Below, one piece after another: positions 61,510-64,000 of a stretch of DNA of 64,000 nucleotides. Source of the stretch: Candidatus Bathyarchaeota archaeon. GTDB taxonomy: Archaea > Thermoproteota > Bathyarchaeia > Bathyarchaeales > Bathycorpusculaceae. Below the pieces are notes generated by a model that had not been told where the DNA came from, ran no database searches, and saw nothing but the letters and a program-made list of their open reading frames with translations. Both the position numbers and the translations under genes were made by a program. How positions within the stretch are numbered: position 1 is the first letter of the stretch; each line of letters opens with the position of its first letter. Location of the stretch: the NCBI GenBank assembly GCA_963717465.1, contig OY970340.1:2912001-2976000 (forward strand), in the 5' to 3' direction.

Positions 61510-62292
61510 ATGTCTAAAGTTAAGATTGGCTTATCAATGCTTTATTGTCTAGGTGAACCTTTCAGCAAGATGATTAAGCGTTTAAGCAAAGTTGAATCTC
61601 GCCATATCGAGATCGTGGATGATGGGGTGCATGAACTTGATAAAGAACGTGTTCTTCTTCTTAAGGAACAGGCAAAATCTTGCAGTATCGAATTCTCGGT
61701 GCATGCTCCTTTTGCTAACATCAATATTGCTTCACCGTCAAACGTCATGTTAGCTCCCACGCTTAAGCGCCTCAAACAATCACTCGAATTTGCTAGTAAA
61801 CTGGACGCTAAACTCTGGGTTTTCCATCCTGGACAAAAAACGGGAATCAGCCAATTTTATCCAGGCAAAGATTGGAAACAAAACGTTGAGAGCATTCAGA
61901 AGATATACGCGCAATCAGAAGAGTATGGGGTAAATATTGCATTAGAAAATCTTCCTGCTAAATATTGGTCTGTAATGAGCACGCCTAAAGATTTTGCAAA
62001 GTTTTATAGAGAAACGAAATTGCCTATCGGTATCGTATTAGATGTTGGACATGCTAATCTTGAAGGTCAAAATGAACCTTTCTTCGCCCAGTTAGCTGAT
62101 AAAATTGTCCATTTACATGTAAGCGACAACTGTGGCGTTGAAGATGAACATTTAGGTTTGGGCTTTGGGAAAATCGATTGGACACATATTGCTGAATCGC
62201 TTAATAAAATTGATTTTGACAAAGTTATCGTTATTGAGTCGACTGACCATGTACATGAAAGCATACAAAAACTCAAGCAACTATTCGCTTAG
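61510..62292 (+). CDS. Sugar phosphate isomerase/epimerase (AP endonuclease 2 TIM barrel)
   Basis: SVHAPF..INIAS, FHPG, ALEN, LDVGHA, HLHVSDN..EDEH. Confidence 0.88.
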   Translation: MSKVKIGLSMLYCLGEPFSKMIKRLSKVESRHIEIVDDGVHELDKERVLLLKEQAKSCSIEFSVHAPFANINIASPSNVMLAPTLKRLKQSLEFASKLDAKLWVFHPGQKTGISQFYPGKDWKQNVESIQKIYAQSEEYGVNIALENLPAKYWSVMSTPKDFAKFYRETKLPIGIVLDVGHANLEGQNEPFFAQLADKIVHLHVSDNCGVEDEHLGLGFGKIDWTHIAESLNKIDFDKVIVIESTDHVHESIQKLKQLFA

Positions 62293-63212
62293 CTATTAGG
62301 CAAGGGCAACTCTAAAACCAAGAAATCCTCAGCTAAAATTGACTCAGCAAAAACTTTTTTCGCTTGCTCCAAAAGCAACTTTGCATCAGGATATCTCGCG
62401 CTGATATGAGTTAAAACTAGTTTTTTTGCATCTGCAGCCTTTGCTTGTTCTGCTGCTTGGCTTGGAGTTGAATGCCCATCTTCCAACGCTTTGTCACTCA
62501 GGGAATCATCAAAGGTGCAATCATGAATAATCAAATCTGCGCCCTTAGCAAATTTTACAAACGATTTGAAGGGGCGAGTGTCGCCGGTGTAAACAATTTT
62601 TCGGCCTAACCTTTTTTGCCCCATTACATCTTGAGGTTTAACTATTTTGCCGTTTGCCAGTTTGACTTGTTTACCACCTTGAAGCCGTGACCATAACTCA
62701 CCCTCAGGAACGCCAAGAGCTAAAGCTTTATCAGGATAGAATTTTCCTGGGCGCGGCTTCTCCAAAAAAGCGTAAGCTAAACTATCAGTAACATGATTAG
62801 ACTTCACAACACGAACATTGTATTCTTCTTCCTTGCAGATTACACCTTCACTTAACACTTCAAAAACTCGAACAGGATACGTTAAACCAAACTGCAATGT
62901 TTCCTGAACGCACTCCATAAAAGCATGAATTCCCGCTGGACCATAAACGTCTAAAGGTTTTTTCCGGTCCATCAAAGCCATTGTCTGCAAAACGCCTGGT
63001 AAACCCAACACGTGATCTCCGTGTAGATGAGAAATAAAGACCTTTGTTTTCTTGTGAAAACTCACTTTTGCCTGCATCATTTGACGTTGAGTGCTTTCTC
63101 CACAATCAAACATCCACTGCTCCTCAGGACACTGAACAATAACGGCTGGCAAGCTACGTTTTAGCGTTGGGACACTGCCGCTTGTTCCCAGAAAAACGAT
63201 TTGCATACTCAA
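62289..63212 (-). CDS. rnz: Ribonuclease Z
   Basis: FLGTSGSVPT, DCGE, SHLHGDH, YTGDT, GHST, LTHISARY. Confidence 0.97.
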   Translation of the reverse strand: MSMQIVFLGTSGSVPTLKRSLPAVIVQCPEEQWMFDCGESTQRQMMQAKVSFHKKTKVFISHLHGDHVLGLPGVLQTMALMDRKKPLDVYGPAGIHAFMECVQETLQFGLTYPVRVFEVLSEGVICKEEEYNVRVVKSNHVTDSLAYAFLEKPRPGKFYPDKALALGVPEGELWSRLQGGKQVKLANGKIVKPQDVMGQKRLGRKIVYTGDTRPFKSFVKFAKGADLIIHDCTFDDSLSDKALEDGHSTPSQAAEQAKAADAKKLVLTHISARYPDAKLLLEQAKKVFAESILAEDFLVLELPLPNS

Positions 63213-64000
63213 CTATCATGCACCTTCTCGAATACGCATATTTCTCTTGTCAGCGTCCTGTGAACATAAGCAAAATGGGATTCTACATGCTTAAAGCCTA
63301 AAGCGGTTCCTAGTTTGCTTATGTTTAATGTTTTAGGCGAAGCGATACAAATCCGTTGCCCCGCACTTAGCAATTCAAAAGAAGATGCCAAGACCTCCAA
63401 AACCAAATCTTTAGTCGTAGATTTCAACGTGCTTGCAGATCTGCCATACGGTGGGTCAGTGACAACGCAGTCAACTTTATGTATGGGCATTTTGCGTGCG
63501 TCAGCTAAAACTAAACCTTCAGCTGTGATGCTAAAGTGGTTCAGGTTTTTTCTGCAGCCGTAAATCATTCGTTTTTGAGCGTCAACTCCAAGTGCTCTGC
63601 AGCCGATGAAGGTTGCTTCGATAAGAGAACTGCCTGTTCCGCAAAAAGGGTCTAAAACTAGCGATTCCGTTTTCGCATGCGCCAAGTTCACCATGCAACG
63701 TGCAAGTTTAGAAGGCATCGCAGAGGGATGAAAAAAAGGTTTTTTGCGTGGCCTGCGTTCAGAGAAAGTTTTCGTTTTAACTTCGGTTAATTTTAAGCCG
63801 AAAACAATTTTTTCATCAGTTATTATTCCCATGAAAATTTTTTCTGGATGTTTCAGGTTAACTTTCGCTTTTTTTGCGTTTTCATGGATGATTTTCCCAA
63901 GTTTAACTTCAAGGGTCATCGTGTTTATTTTTGCGTCAGCATAATTTTTTATACGAAATATCCGAACTGCGAAACTTTCATCAGGTTTTAAGAGCGTGTT
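63209..64000 (-). CDS. tRNA m2G10 methyltransferase (Trm11/THUMP), 5' end outside the window
   Basis: PFFHPSAMPSKLARCMVNL, DPFCGTG, TDPPYGR. Confidence 0.9.
   Translation of the reverse strand, partial: NTLLKPDESFAVRIFRIKNYADAKINTMTLEVKLGKIIHENAKKAKVNLKHPEKIFMGIITDEKIVFGLKLTEVKTKTFSERRPRKKPFFHPSAMPSKLARCMVNLAHAKTESLVLDPFCGTGSSLIEATFIGCRALGVDAQKRMIYGCRKNLNHFSITAEGLVLADARKMPIHKVDCVVTDPPYGRSASTLKSTTKDLVLEVLASSFELLSAGQRICIASPKTLNISKLGTALGFKHVESHFAYVHRTLTREICVFEKVHDS

Overview
Archaeal chromosomal window from the TACK group, most likely Bathyarchaeia. This is inferred from GatDE, TBP, Rio2, an Sm protein, S30e, a Cren7-like protein, an aKMT-like methylase, LarA and a SelB-like factor. Housekeeping blocks (about 1-12.7 kb and 52-64 kb) flank an accessory region. 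(1) A cell-surface island at about 13-29.3 kb has a type IV pilus core (assembly ATPase plus two TadC-like proteins), six class III signal-peptide pilins including a 984-aa pilin/Ig-repeat adhesin, a beta-propeller surface protein, two motif-degenerate ATPases (HerA-like and KaiC-like) and a wHTH regulator. Four promoters in the island share a 15-bp palindrome (TRGAAYAWTRTTCYA) just upstream of the TATA box, and the island also holds a non-coding GGTTYAACTTT repeat array. (2) A possible steroid/bile-acid cassette at 30-34.6 kb has a BaiE-like dehydratase, a KstD-like flavoprotein, two Lrp regulators and a duplicated 80-bp promoter block. (3) A stress/membrane cluster ends in an IS1182 remnant, followed by ppdK and mgsA. 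About a dozen frameshifts, several in conserved housekeeping genes, are best explained as assembly indels. No tRNA, rRNA or CRISPR array was seen. All calls come from reading the sequence and remembered family motifs; no searches were run.
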